A stretch of 64,000 bases of DNA, from positions 1,468-65,467 of the forward strand of contig CAVBMN010000003.1 of NCBI GenBank assembly GCA_963596515.1, read 5' to 3'. The notes below the pieces were generated by a model. The model saw only the letters and a program-made list of their open reading frames with translations, was not told the origin of the DNA and ran no database searches. Position 1 is the first letter of the stretch, and every line of letters begins with the position of its first letter. This stretch comes from a bacterium. Lineage in GTDB: Bacteria; Bacteroidota; Bacteroidia; Bacteroidales; UBA932. Below, one piece after another: positions 19,006 through 28,821 of this stretch. Both the position numbers and the translations under genes were made by a program.

Positions 19006-22000
19006 ATGAAAAGAATATTTTTGACTCTCCTTCTTGGAGGAATGACGCTTTCGGCGGTCGCTTCGACAGCAGGTCCAGCGACCAACGAGGCGAGACTGTT
19101 GAGGTTCCCGGCAACGAATGGGACAGATGTGGTGTTCTCCTATGCTGGTGATCTGTTCACGGCTCCACTGACTGGCGGCGAGGCGCGCCGCCTGACCTCG
19201 CACATCGGCTACGAGATGTTTGCGCACTACTCACCGGATGGAAAGACAATCGCCTTTACCGGGGAATATGACGGCAACCGAGAGGTTTACATCATTCCGG
19301 CGAAAGGTGGTGAGCCTGTCCGCCTGACCTACACGGCCACCAACGGACGTGATGACCTCGGTGACAGGATGGGGCCTAACAACATTGTGATGGGATGGAC
19401 CCCGGACGGGAAGAACATCATATTCAGAAATCGCACAGGCGATGGCTTTTCCGGGAAACTATGGACTGTTTCAGTCAATGGCGGGATGTCGAAGGAGATT
19501 CCGCTTCCGGAAGGAGGCTTCTGCTCCTATTCGCCTGACGGAAAGAAACTTGCCTACAACAGGGTGATGAGGGAGTTCCGAACGTGGAAATATTACCGTG
19601 GCGGAATGGCCGACGAGATCTGGGTCTATGACGGCAAGAAGGTCGAGAAGATCACCGACAACCCGGCGCAGGACATATTCCCTATGTGGGTCGGCGACGA
19701 GATTTATTTCGCTTCCGACCGTGATATGACGATGAACCTTTTCGTTTACAACACGAAGACCAAGGCCACGGCCAAGGTGACCTCTTTCGACGACTACGAC
19801 GTGAAGTTCCCGAGCACCAACGGCAAACTCGTTGTGTTTGAGAAGGGTGGCTACCTCTACAAGTTGGATCCGGTCACGAAATCCACCGAGCAAATCCACA
19901 TCACCCTCGGCTCAGATCTTGTCTATGCGAGAGCGGAGAGGATGAATGTCGGCAAGAAGGGTCGCTCGTCGTTCAGCCTTTCCCCTGACGGAAAGAGAAT
20001 GGCCGTGACCGCACGCGGAGAGGTTTTCGACGTACCTGTCGGAAAGGGAATCACCAGAAACATCACCAAGACCCCGGGCTCGAATGAGCGCGGCGCCGAC
20101 TGGAGTCCGGACGGCAAGTACATTGCCTTCATCGGTGACGGAACTGGGGAGACCGAGGTCTATCTCTACGATGTCGCTGCCGGCGGCGAACCTGTCCAGA
20201 TCACCAAGGACAACGACACCTACATCCGTGACCTCCAATGGAGCCCGGACAGCAAGCATATTCTTTACACCGATCGCAAGAACCGCATCGTTGAGGTTGA
20301 TCCGTTTGCCAAGACTGCCAGAACGGTGCTGCAATGCCCTGAACAGGAGATCCGGGATGTTGAATATTCCCCTGACAGCAAATGGCTTACCTACAGCCGC
20401 CCTGCACCGAACAAGATGAGCGTGGTCTATGTCTATAACCTCGCTTCCGGCAAGGAATATCCTGTCACGGAGAAGTGGTACGACTCCAGCTCGCCGACAT
20501 TCTCGTCCGATGGCAAGTACTTGATATTCACATCCGATAGGGACTTCCGTCCGATCTACAGCTGGATCGAGTGGAACTATGCCTACACAGACAGGAGCGG
20601 AGTTTATATGACTATGCTTGCGGCCGGCACACCTTCGCCGTTGCTTCCTACGGACAGCGAGTCGGTGAATGCATCCGATGAAAAGGAAGGTGATGCGGTT
20701 CAGGCAGAGGCTTCCAAGGATAAAAAGACCGCTAAGGATGCCAAGGCTTCCAATGACAAAAAGGCTTCCGACAAGAAATCCGTGGACGTGAAGATTGATG
20801 TGGACGGCCTGCTTGACAGGACCATCAAGCTCCCTATCGGAGGTTCCCGCTCATATTTCTGCGATGGCAAGAAACTCTGGTACAGGGACGGCCGTGGCAC
20901 TCAGGTGTTTGATTTCGAGACCGGCAAATCCGAGCAATGCTCCGAAGGTATGGTCATCTACCGCCCTGGCGACAAGAAGGCTCTCTCGACCGCCAAGGGC
21001 AAATGGACCGCTGTCAATTTCCCTGCGGCCAAAGTTGCCGGTGGAGAAGAGATTGACGTTGACAATATGTACACGACCGTTGACTACGCCCAGGAGTGGC
21101 CTCAGATCTTCGACGAGGTCTGGAGAGCTTTCCGCGACGGCTACTATCTTGAGAATATGCACGGCCGCGACTGGAAGGCCGTCAAGGAAAAGTACGCCGC
21201 CCTCCTGCCTTATGTCAAGACCCGCCTTGATCTTAACTATGTGATCGGCGGGATGATCGGCGAGGTTGCAAGCGGCCACGCCTACGTGAATCCTGGCGAC
21301 TATCCTAAGCCGGAGCGCATCCCGCTGGGACTTCTCGGAGCGAAGATGAGCAAGGACAAGAGCGGCTATTTCAAGATCGACCACATCTATTCCGGCGCGG
21401 TTTACAGAAGCGAGCTCCGCTCCCCATTGACCGAGCCAGGAATGAATATCTCCGAGGGTGACTTCATCACTGCTATTGACGGCCAGTCGCTTAAGGATGT
21501 TGACAACATCTACAGCCTCCTCGTCGGCAAGGCTGACAAACTCGTTGAACTGACTGTGAACAAGTCTGCTACTGGTGGCGGGCGCAAAGTCGTTGTCAAA
21601 CCTATTTCCGATGAATATCCTCTCGAACATTACGAGTGGGTGATGAGGAACATCCGTACCGTTGAGGAGAAGTCTGGCGGCAAGGTCGGCTACATCTATA
21701 TTCCTGATATGGGGCCAGAGGGGCTGAATGAATTCGCCCGTTGGTACTATCCTCAGCTGGACAAGGAGGCTCTTATCATTGATGATCGCGGCAACGGTGG
21801 CGGAAATATCTCTCCGATGGTCATAGAGAGGCTACTCCGCAAGGTTTACAGAATGACGATGTACAGGAACTCCAATCAGAACGGAACCATCCCGGAGGGA
21901 ACGCACACCGGCCCTAAAGTGCTGCTTATCAATAAATATTCCGCCTCCGACGGTGACCTCTTCCCGTGGAGTTTCAAGGCCAACAACCTCGGAACAGTGA

Positions 22001-22308
22001 TCGGTACAAGGACCTGGGGCGGCATCGTGGGCATCAGCGGTTCGCTGCCATATATGGACGGAACAGACGTGCGTGTGCCGTTCTTCACGAACTACGACGC
22101 CAAGACGGGACAGTGGATTGTTGAGAACCACGGCGTCGATCCGGACATCCTGCTTGACAATGACCCGATCAAGGAATATGCAGGTGAGGATCAGCAGCTT
22201 GACAAGGCCATCGAGACTGCCCTACAGCAGATCAAGGACCGCAAGCCGCTCCCTAAGACCCCGGCTCCTCGCACTTTCAAGGATCTGGGTCTCCCGGAGA
22301 TTCGGTAA
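19006..22308 (+). CDS. Tricorn-like S41 protease
   Basis: LLRFP start, PD40 repeats (SPDGK), PDZ region, DDRGNGGG, SASDGD, GTRTWGG, ENHGVDPD. Confidence 0.95.
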   Translation: MKRIFLTLLLGGMTLSAVASTAGPATNEARLLRFPATNGTDVVFSYAGDLFTAPLTGGEARRLTSHIGYEMFAHYSPDGKTIAFTGEYDGNREVYIIPAKGGEPVRLTYTATNGRDDLGDRMGPNNIVMGWTPDGKNIIFRNRTGDGFSGKLWTVSVNGGMSKEIPLPEGGFCSYSPDGKKLAYNRVMREFRTWKYYRGGMADEIWVYDGKKVEKITDNPAQDIFPMWVGDEIYFASDRDMTMNLFVYNTKTKATAKVTSFDDYDVKFPSTNGKLVVFEKGGYLYKLDPVTKSTEQIHITLGSDLVYARAERMNVGKKGRSSFSLSPDGKRMAVTARGEVFDVPVGKGITRNITKTPGSNERGADWSPDGKYIAFIGDGTGETEVYLYDVAAGGEPVQITKDNDTYIRDLQWSPDSKHILYTDRKNRIVEVDPFAKTARTVLQCPEQEIRDVEYSPDSKWLTYSRPAPNKMSVVYVYNLASGKEYPVTEKWYDSSSPTFSSDGKYLIFTSDRDFRPIYSWIEWNYAYTDRSGVYMTMLAAGTPSPLLPTDSESVNASDEKEGDAVQAEASKDKKTAKDAKASNDKKASDKKSVDVKIDVDGLLDRTIKLPIGGSRSYFCDGKKLWYRDGRGTQVFDFETGKSEQCSEGMVIYRPGDKKALSTAKGKWTAVNFPAAKVAGGEEIDVDNMYTTVDYAQEWPQIFDEVWRAFRDGYYLENMHGRDWKAVKEKYAALLPYVKTRLDLNYVIGGMIGEVASGHAYVNPGDYPKPERIPLGLLGAKMSKDKSGYFKIDHIYSGAVYRSELRSPLTEPGMNISEGDFITAIDGQSLKDVDNIYSLLVGKADKLVELTVNKSATGGGRKVVVKPISDEYPLEHYEWVMRNIRTVEEKSGGKVGYIYIPDMGPEGLNEFARWYYPQLDKEALIIDDRGNGGGNISPMVIERLLRKVYRMTMYRNSNQNGTIPEGTHTGPKVLLINKYSASDGDLFPWSFKANNLGTVIGTRTWGGIVGISGSLPYMDGTDVRVPFFTNYDAKTGQWIVENHGVDPDILLDNDPIKEYAGEDQQLDKAIETALQQIKDRKPLPKTPAPRTFKDLGLPEIR

Positions 22309-22377
22309 CTCTTTTTATAAATGAATAAAAAGCCGTATCTTTGACTTCGGATTGAAAACAGTAAAAGCATTACGAAT

Positions 22378-22995
22378 ATGAAAAAGTTTTTTACAATCGT
22401 GCTTGCAGCCTCAATGCTGCTTATCGGAACGACCGCCTCAGCCCAGAAATGGACAGCCGGCGGCGGATTCACATCCTTCAGCCTTTCCGGATCAGATGCC
22501 AAGTATGTGATGGACGGCAGCGTGCCTGGATTCTATTTTGGTGTTAACTACGACTATGCGTTCTCAACAATCGATGGCCTTACAGTTGAGCCTGGTCTTT
22601 ATTTCCTTCACTATGGCAAGGATCGTACAATGGCTTTCACATCAGAGTCCAAGGCCTATCGTGCCAACTACATCCGCATTCCAGTGAACCTTAAATACAC
22701 CATTCCTTTTGACGCGAACTTCAGTTTTTCCGCTTTCACAGGCCCTCGTTTCAATCTTGGAATCGGTGGTAATATGTTCAGCAAGGGTCTAACCTATCCT
22801 GGACTTAAGGGTTTTGACGCACAGTGGGGATTTGGCGTTTCAGCCGTCATCGTTGACGCTGTTATGATTCGTGCCGGTTATGACCTCGGTCTCACCAAAT
22901 GCATCAAGAACAACACCAAGGATCACGATAATTGGAAAGACAATCTCAAAGTTCACAGAAACACCTTCTACATAGGAGTAGGTTTCGCCTTCTAA
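22378..22995 (+). CDS. Small outer-membrane beta-barrel (porin family)
   Basis: Signal peptide, YIRIPVNLKY, GYDLGL, terminal IGVGFAF. Confidence 0.8.
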   Translation: MKKFFTIVLAASMLLIGTTASAQKWTAGGGFTSFSLSGSDAKYVMDGSVPGFYFGVNYDYAFSTIDGLTVEPGLYFLHYGKDRTMAFTSESKAYRANYIRIPVNLKYTIPFDANFSFSAFTGPRFNLGIGGNMFSKGLTYPGLKGFDAQWGFGVSAVIVDAVMIRAGYDLGLTKCIKNNTKDHDNWKDNLKVHRNTFYIGVGFAF

Positions 22996-23039
22996 ACCAC
23001 ACTCACAAGGAATATCCCTGGTGACGGGACAGAATAATC

Positions 23040-23075
23040 ATCCGTGGATGCAGAACAGCGTCCACGGATTTTTTC
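23040..23075 (+). terminator. Intrinsic terminator
   Basis: ATCCGTGGATGC/GCGTCCACGGAT stem followed by a T tract. Confidence 0.75.
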
Positions 23076-23337
23076 TATATAATGTTGCCGTAGTATGCTT
23101 TTTTACCTTCGACAGGAGCACTATCGCCAGTTTTTGCTCCTTTGACTGCACGCAAAGACGATTCTGACCGATGAATATCGTTAGCGCAAAGTGAACACTG
23201 AATCTTAATCGACTTGTAACCATCTAAAAAAACAAGTGAATTATATTGATTGAGAGTTAAACTATTTTTCATTGCATTACTAACCTTTTTGCATAACTTT
23301 GCGTTGGAAGATAATACGTTTTACACAAGGTCGCGTG

Positions 23338-24435
23338 ATGAAGATATCAAAATTTATCCTCCTGCCAGTCGTAGTTGCGATTGGTTGCTCGGGAGGCCGT
23401 GAAGAAACAAATGAGAGTATTCGTGTTGATTTTGTCAACTCGATTGATCCGTTGACGAAGGCGGTTAAGTCAATCGAATTTGTCCCTTTGGAAACTGATG
23501 GAGAGCATCTCTTGGGAACGACCATAGATTTGACAATTGTGGAGGACTCTTATATTTTGACGGATTACCTAAATGGGAATGTCTTCCGATATTCCTTGAA
23601 TGGACGTTTTGTCAATAAAATAGGACAACGAGGGAATGGCCCTGAAGAATATGTCCACATCAATGATGTGCAATATCGTGACTCAGTCATATATGTTTTC
23701 TCAGTTCCGTCAAAGATCCAACACTTCACTTTGGATGGGGAAATGATTGATTCTAAAATCCTGAATGAAACGGATTTGGGGACGATGTCATGGGCTACGG
23801 ATGACGGAATTTTGTCATACTATGGTTACGGAACGGGCAAAAAAGGTCGGTTCGCGCTATTGTCTGAGAATTCTTTAACGGAGTATTATCCATCTGATGA
23901 GAAGGTGTTGAATTATACCCCTTCGGCACAGATATTCTCAGAACTTAAAGATTCTGTTTATGCCGTGGATTCATATTCTGACATCATTAAAGTCTATAGC
24001 AATGGGACTATGATTGATGGCCCTCGTTTCGATTTTGGAAAGTATTCAATTCCACAGAGCTTTTATGAGTATGACGACTCGTTTATGGCAATGGAATCTC
24101 TTTTGGGGAGAGATTTTGCTATGATTAATCGGTACATCTGTGATGAGGATAGAAGATTTGTCTCTTTCTCCCTTCAGAAACAGACTGAAGCTTACACATA
24201 TTGTGGTCTGTATGTAAGAAACCAATGGTGTTGGTTTCTCGCAGGTAAAGTTGGAGCCGATGTAATGTCAAACGCATTCCAAACTGTAAAGGATGGGGTT
24301 CTGTACTGCCTGTTGGATCCGGCTTTGATGAACACGTTGCCTGTCTCTTTGAAGAAACTCGCGATAAATGCGGAAGTTCTTGATAATTTGAGCGTTGATG
24401 ATAACTATATTATTGCGAAACTGAACCTTTTATAA
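23338..24435 (+). CDS. 6-bladed beta-propeller lipoprotein
   Basis: Lipobox AIGC, IEFVPLET, KIGQRGNGPEEY, terminal DDNYII. -7 element TAACTTTG at 23294-23301. Confidence 0.8.
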   Translation: MKISKFILLPVVVAIGCSGGREETNESIRVDFVNSIDPLTKAVKSIEFVPLETDGEHLLGTTIDLTIVEDSYILTDYLNGNVFRYSLNGRFVNKIGQRGNGPEEYVHINDVQYRDSVIYVFSVPSKIQHFTLDGEMIDSKILNETDLGTMSWATDDGILSYYGYGTGKKGRFALLSENSLTEYYPSDEKVLNYTPSAQIFSELKDSVYAVDSYSDIIKVYSNGTMIDGPRFDFGKYSIPQSFYEYDDSFMAMESLLGRDFAMINRYICDEDRRFVSFSLQKQTEAYTYCGLYVRNQWCWFLAGKVGADVMSNAFQTVKDGVLYCLLDPALMNTLPVSLKKLAINAEVLDNLSVDDNYIIAKLNLL

Positions 24436-24482
24436 CCAATCAGTTCAATGTTATATTAAAAATCAGTAAAATTTAGTGAGTT

Positions 24483-24728
24483 ATGAAAAAGATTTTAAAG
24501 TCATTGCTGGTACTTTTTGCTATGGTTTCTGTATGCTTGGCAACATCTACTGTGTTGAATGCGGGATCAGAAGACAATATGACAGAAATAGGAGACAAAA
24601 ATGTTGATAGCAGTTACTGCGTCTATCAGACTATGTCCCATTGTCCGAATGCAGGGTTGAATTATTCTTGCAAAATTTCAAGAACATCAGAAGTGTGTCG
24701 TAGGCACGTTTGTTGTCAACCGTTCTGA
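24483..24728 (+). CDS. Small secreted cysteine-rich peptide precursor (NVEALA-like context)
   Basis: Sec signal (MKKILK..LNA), acidic spacer, then C-x7-C-x8-C-x8-C-x4-CC. In operon orientation with an A/T-rich initiation region. Confidence 0.75.
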   Translation: MKKILKSLLVLFAMVSVCLATSTVLNAGSEDNMTEIGDKNVDSSYCVYQTMSHCPNAGLNYSCKISRTSEVCRRHVCCQPF

Positions 24729-24761
24729 TTGTTGATAATGACATAAACTGAACTGATTGGT

Positions 24762-25289
24762 ATGAAAGGATATAAGATGACGACTATTCTGTTGTGCCTG
24801 TTTTTGACTATTACTATACTGTCTTGCGATGATGGTGAAATTAGACCTGTCAAGATGGAAGATGGGCTTTATGCAGTTGATAGACACGGCCTTGTTGAGA
24901 ACTATAGTCCGGACTTGTCCAAGAAAAAGATTTACGCTTATATGGTCACGGGTTGTATTAATGAATGGCTGAACAGGACACCTCGTGGGAAAATCGACAA
25001 GATTATGTCCGAGAATCCGGATTGGGAACTCTTGGTGTATGTAAACGGAGATGTGGAGGATACCACCAAAGTGAGGAAGAAGCTGGACCAGTACGATTGT
25101 GATTTTCCTGTGATTTTAGACACTAAGGGAGAGTTCTGCAAGAGAAACAGGATGAAAGATACTGTCCTCTGGGGCACTATTTGTGACAGAAATGGAGTTG
25201 TGCGTGGAGTGGGCGTAATTGGAGATGGTATGAGTATGTTTGACTCAGAATTTGAAAGAGTGAAAAGAAGAGCAAATGGAAGGTTTTGA
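24762..25289 (+). CDS. Thioredoxin-like-fold lipoprotein
   Basis: Lipobox ILSC. KIYAYMVTGC, FPVILD..GEF, DRNGVV..G resemble a Trx-like domain with only one Cys at the CxxC position. Confidence 0.6.
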   Translation: MKGYKMTTILLCLFLTITILSCDDGEIRPVKMEDGLYAVDRHGLVENYSPDLSKKKIYAYMVTGCINEWLNRTPRGKIDKIMSENPDWELLVYVNGDVEDTTKVRKKLDQYDCDFPVILDTKGEFCKRNRMKDTVLWGTICDRNGVVRGVGVIGDGMSMFDSEFERVKRRANGRF

Positions 25290-25848
25290 AAAACATTTTT
25301 GGCAGATTCTTGCAATAGTATTCTTAGCTGTTGATATTGTTTTGTTTTTGAGCATTCTAAAAGAGCGTGACGCTAATTCAAAAACATTAATAATGCTGCG
25401 AGAACGTCAAGGACAAGTAGACAGAATCACAAATGATTTTATTGAAGTAGACCAGTGTGCGATAATGAACCTTTTAGAGGATACAAGTGTAGGTTTTGAG
25501 TCACTTCCAAGGCTGATTATGGTGATTCCGTCCTATCCTTGCTCCGCTTGTTTGGATCGTGAAACTGAACTTTTTAGGAATTTTGCTGAAACAGAGCAAA
25601 TTAAATGCGGGATTTTGACACCGGATTATCGGGTAAAAGATGTTAAGGCGTTGTTTTTTGGCATTCCGAATATGTCAATGTACCTATATTCTCGTGATAT
25701 TTTGGAAGATACGTATTGGGCGGGGGCTGAAGAGATCATTTATTTTCTTATGAAGGAGAATGTGATTACGAATATTATGGTGACTTCTAAATATTCGGAG
25801 AGTGCTTCAGAACATTATTTTGAACATATTCGTGAAATGATTCAATAG
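25276..25848 (+). CDS. Membrane-anchored thioredoxin-like protein with CxxC
   Basis: N-terminal TM helix, short coiled coil, LIMVIPSYPCSACLDRE. Overlaps the upstream stop. Confidence 0.6.
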   Translation: MEGFEKHFWQILAIVFLAVDIVLFLSILKERDANSKTLIMLRERQGQVDRITNDFIEVDQCAIMNLLEDTSVGFESLPRLIMVIPSYPCSACLDRETELFRNFAETEQIKCGILTPDYRVKDVKALFFGIPNMSMYLYSRDILEDTYWAGAEEIIYFLMKENVITNIMVTSKYSESASEHYFEHIREMIQ

Positions 25849-26225
25849 TAGTGATTGCTATGAACATAAAGTCACCCTCAGTGTCTGAAAAGAGACGAAT
25901 GAAGTTGTCGCTAAACCGAATGCGTTGATATTGATGATCGTAATTATAAACTATGAAAACGCCAAGTGCTTTACGAAACCTGAAATCAGCTTGTAGAAAG
26001 AGATAGATTGGTCTATATTAACGATACACCAATCAAACTTTTTAGGAACAATTGATATTTTCTAATTGAGGCAATGTTCTCGACTTCCACGACAGCCGCT
26101 ACTTCGGCCTTGTGCCGGAGGAGTACATTGTCGGGATTGTGATTCAGTGAGCGAAATCTATGATCATAATGCGCATTATGGAAAATATTCAGTAAATTAG
26201 CGAGCACTAAAAATGTTAGGCTACG

Positions 26226-27716
26226 ATGAACCTTAACCATAGAATAACCACGGCTGCGGTCGGAATATTCATTCTCCTTCTTGAGGCAGCACCTCTCGGG
26301 GCGCAGCGGCGGATGTCGCTTTCGGAGGCGATCGGGACGGCGCGGAGCCAGTCGGTGGCGGCATTGGAGGCGAAACACGCCTTTGTTTCGACCTACTGGG
26401 CGTACCGGTCCTATCAGGCGAGCCGACTGCCGTCGCTTGTGTTGTACGGCAATCTGATGAACTTCGACCGCTCGCTTACCTTGCTGCAAAGCTACGAGGA
26501 CGGCTCCTTCCGCTATGCCGACACCTATAACCTCCAGAACAGTCTCGGCCTTCAGGTCGCTCAGAACATCACTTTCACCGGCGGAAGACTTTATGTCTAT
26601 TCCGACCTTTCCCGCATCGACCAGTTCGGACTCAACAAGAAACTGACCTGGTACTCCCAGCCTGTCACGGTCCGCTACGTCCAGCCGCTCTTCTCCTACA
26701 ATCAGTTCAAATGGGACAAACTAATTGAGCCTAAGGAATATGAGCGTGGCCGTTGCCGCTATGTCGAGTCGATGGAGCAGGTTACGATCAATGCTGTGTC
26801 GGCATATTTCTCGCTTGTCCAGGCCCTGAAGAATCAGGAGGTTGTGAAGTCGAATTACGAGAACACCGAGAAGATGCGTTCCGTGGCCGCTGAAAGGATG
26901 AAACTCGGAAGCGTCACGAGGGCTGAATATCTCCAGTTGGAACTCCGCGCCCTGAACGACAGCATTTCGATAGGGGAGAGTCTGGTCAATGTGCGTCAGG
27001 CTCAGATGGCTCTGAACTCCATTCTTGGCTACGATGAATCGGTTGAGGTTGAGCCTGTGGTGGACGATGCACTGCCGGACATTCTGATGGACTACGATCT
27101 GGTGATGGAGAAAGCCTTGAAAAACTCGACGTTCAGCCTTGACAATCAGATAAATGAATTGAACGCCGCCTCGAATGTAGCGAAGGCCAAGGCGGACAGA
27201 GGTATCTCGATGAGCCTGAATGCTCGCTTCGGCTTGTCCCAGACCGGCGATGGCTTGCCGGATGTCTATAAGGATCTTCTGAATCAGGAGGTTGTCGGAC
27301 TGACTTTCAGCGTGCCGATCTTCGACTGGGGACTTGGCAAGGGAAAGGTGCAGAAGGCCAAGGCCGCCGAGGAGGTTGTCAAGGCTCAGAACCTTCAGAG
27401 CGAGAACGACTACCGCAGGAAGATATTCACCGCTGTCGGCCAGTTCAACAACCAGCGTCAGCAGTGTATGGCTTCCCGCAAGGCGATGGAGATAGCCTCG
27501 GAAAGGTTCGAGTTGATGATGGACAAGTTCCGCCGGGGCTCTGCCACGGTAACTGATCTCACGAATGCCCAGAACGACAACGAGTCCGCTATGACCAAGT
27601 ACATCACCGACTACGCCAACTTCTGGAACTATTACTACACCCTGCGGAAGTACACCCTCTACGACTTCATCACCGGAAAGGACATTGATGTCAGCGTGAA
27701 GGAAATGGTTGAATAA
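26226..27716 (+). CDS. TolC-family outer membrane channel
   Basis: Signal peptide, SRLP, QPLF, VPIFDWG OEP repeats. Confidence 0.9.
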   Translation: MNLNHRITTAAVGIFILLLEAAPLGAQRRMSLSEAIGTARSQSVAALEAKHAFVSTYWAYRSYQASRLPSLVLYGNLMNFDRSLTLLQSYEDGSFRYADTYNLQNSLGLQVAQNITFTGGRLYVYSDLSRIDQFGLNKKLTWYSQPVTVRYVQPLFSYNQFKWDKLIEPKEYERGRCRYVESMEQVTINAVSAYFSLVQALKNQEVVKSNYENTEKMRSVAAERMKLGSVTRAEYLQLELRALNDSISIGESLVNVRQAQMALNSILGYDESVEVEPVVDDALPDILMDYDLVMEKALKNSTFSLDNQINELNAASNVAKAKADRGISMSLNARFGLSQTGDGLPDVYKDLLNQEVVGLTFSVPIFDWGLGKGKVQKAKAAEEVVKAQNLQSENDYRRKIFTAVGQFNNQRQQCMASRKAMEIASERFELMMDKFRRGSATVTDLTNAQNDNESAMTKYITDYANFWNYYYTLRKYTLYDFITGKDIDVSVKEMVE

Positions 27717-27726
27717 TACAGAATCA

Positions 27727-28818
27727 ATGAATATGCTAAAGAATATACTTGTGCCTCTTTGTGTCTGCGGCCTCGCTATGATGGCCGTGGCCTGTGGCGG
27801 GAACAAAAAAACGGAGGAATCGAAGGACGGGAAGTTGACCTACACTCCTCAGATAAACGAGGTTACGGTAATGAAACTGGAAAAGACGGACTTTGCCCGC
27901 CAGCTTCTGTCCAACGGAAAGCTTGTCGCCGGCCGTAAAAGTGCGTTGCAGTTCAGAACAACCGGAAAAATCGCCGCCATAAATGTCAGGAACGGAGAAT
28001 ATGTCTCCGCAGGTTCCTTGATCGCCACTGTTGATCGTCCCGATTTGAAACTGTCACAGGAATCCGCCAGACTTTCGCTTCAGAAGGCTGAATTGGATCT
28101 GTACGACTTCCTTGTTGGGCAGGGCTATTCCGCCGGGGACACCACTTCGGTTCCTGCCGACCTGTTGGCCACAGCGAAGATGAAGTCGGGCTACTCTGCC
28201 GCCAAAAATGCCTTGGACCGCTCTGCCTACGAGATTTCCGGGACGGTTCTCCGCGCTCCTTTCTCCGGGCGTGTCGCCGGCATCAAGCAGAAGCCTTTCG
28301 ACCAGACACCGTCCGATGCTTTCTGTACAATTGTGGACGACAGTGTGCTGGAGGTCGCTTTCTCGGTGATGGAGTCGGAATATTCATTTCTCTCCGTGGG
28401 ACTTCCGGTGAAGGTGCGCCCGTTCGCCGACGAGACGAAGGAATATTCAGGGAAAGTCACCGCCATCAATCCGCTTGTGGATGAGAAAGGGCAGATTTCT
28501 GTCACGGCGCAGGTCCGGAACGATGGCTCGCTGATTGACGGAATGAACGTCAGGGTGATTGTGGAAAGAATAATTCCGGGACAGCTTGTCGTGCCCCGCG
28601 GCGCGGTGGTGATCAGGGACAATCTGGACGTGCTGTTCACCTGTACGGATGACGGCAAGGCCCACTGGACCTACGTCACGATCCTTTATTCCAACGGCGA
28701 GTCGTATGTCGTTGAGGCCAACAAGGACAGGAACGCCGAACTGAACGAAGGAGACCAGGTGATTGTTTCCGGTAACCTCAATCTGGCCGACAACTCGGAT
28801 GTGCTGGTAAAACGATAG
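27727..28818 (+). CDS. RND periplasmic adaptor lipoprotein
   Basis: Lipobox AVAC, GKIAAINVRNGEYV, LRAPFSGRV, GMNV. Confidence 0.9.
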   Translation: MNMLKNILVPLCVCGLAMMAVACGGNKKTEESKDGKLTYTPQINEVTVMKLEKTDFARQLLSNGKLVAGRKSALQFRTTGKIAAINVRNGEYVSAGSLIATVDRPDLKLSQESARLSLQKAELDLYDFLVGQGYSAGDTTSVPADLLATAKMKSGYSAAKNALDRSAYEISGTVLRAPFSGRVAGIKQKPFDQTPSDAFCTIVDDSVLEVAFSVMESEYSFLSVGLPVKVRPFADETKEYSGKVTAINPLVDEKGQISVTAQVRNDGSLIDGMNVRVIVERIIPGQLVVPRGAVVIRDNLDVLFTCTDDGKAHWTYVTILYSNGESYVVEANKDRNAELNEGDQVIVSGNLNLADNSDVLVKR

Positions 28819-28821
28819 GCG

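Noticed and set aside
20700..20785. Repeated AGGCTTCC units in the tricorn gene
   Set aside because: They encode an ordinary K/D/A/S low-complexity linker, unrelated to the hairpin repeat.
23106..23120. Possible intergenic copy of the coding hairpin repeat (CCTTCGACAGG)
   Set aside because: The match stops mid-loop and there is no pairing stem.
25849..26225. Additional peptide precursors in the cassette spacer
   Set aside because: Only 17-22 aa ORFs without signal peptide or Cys pattern. A hairpin near 26090-26135 is too weak to call.
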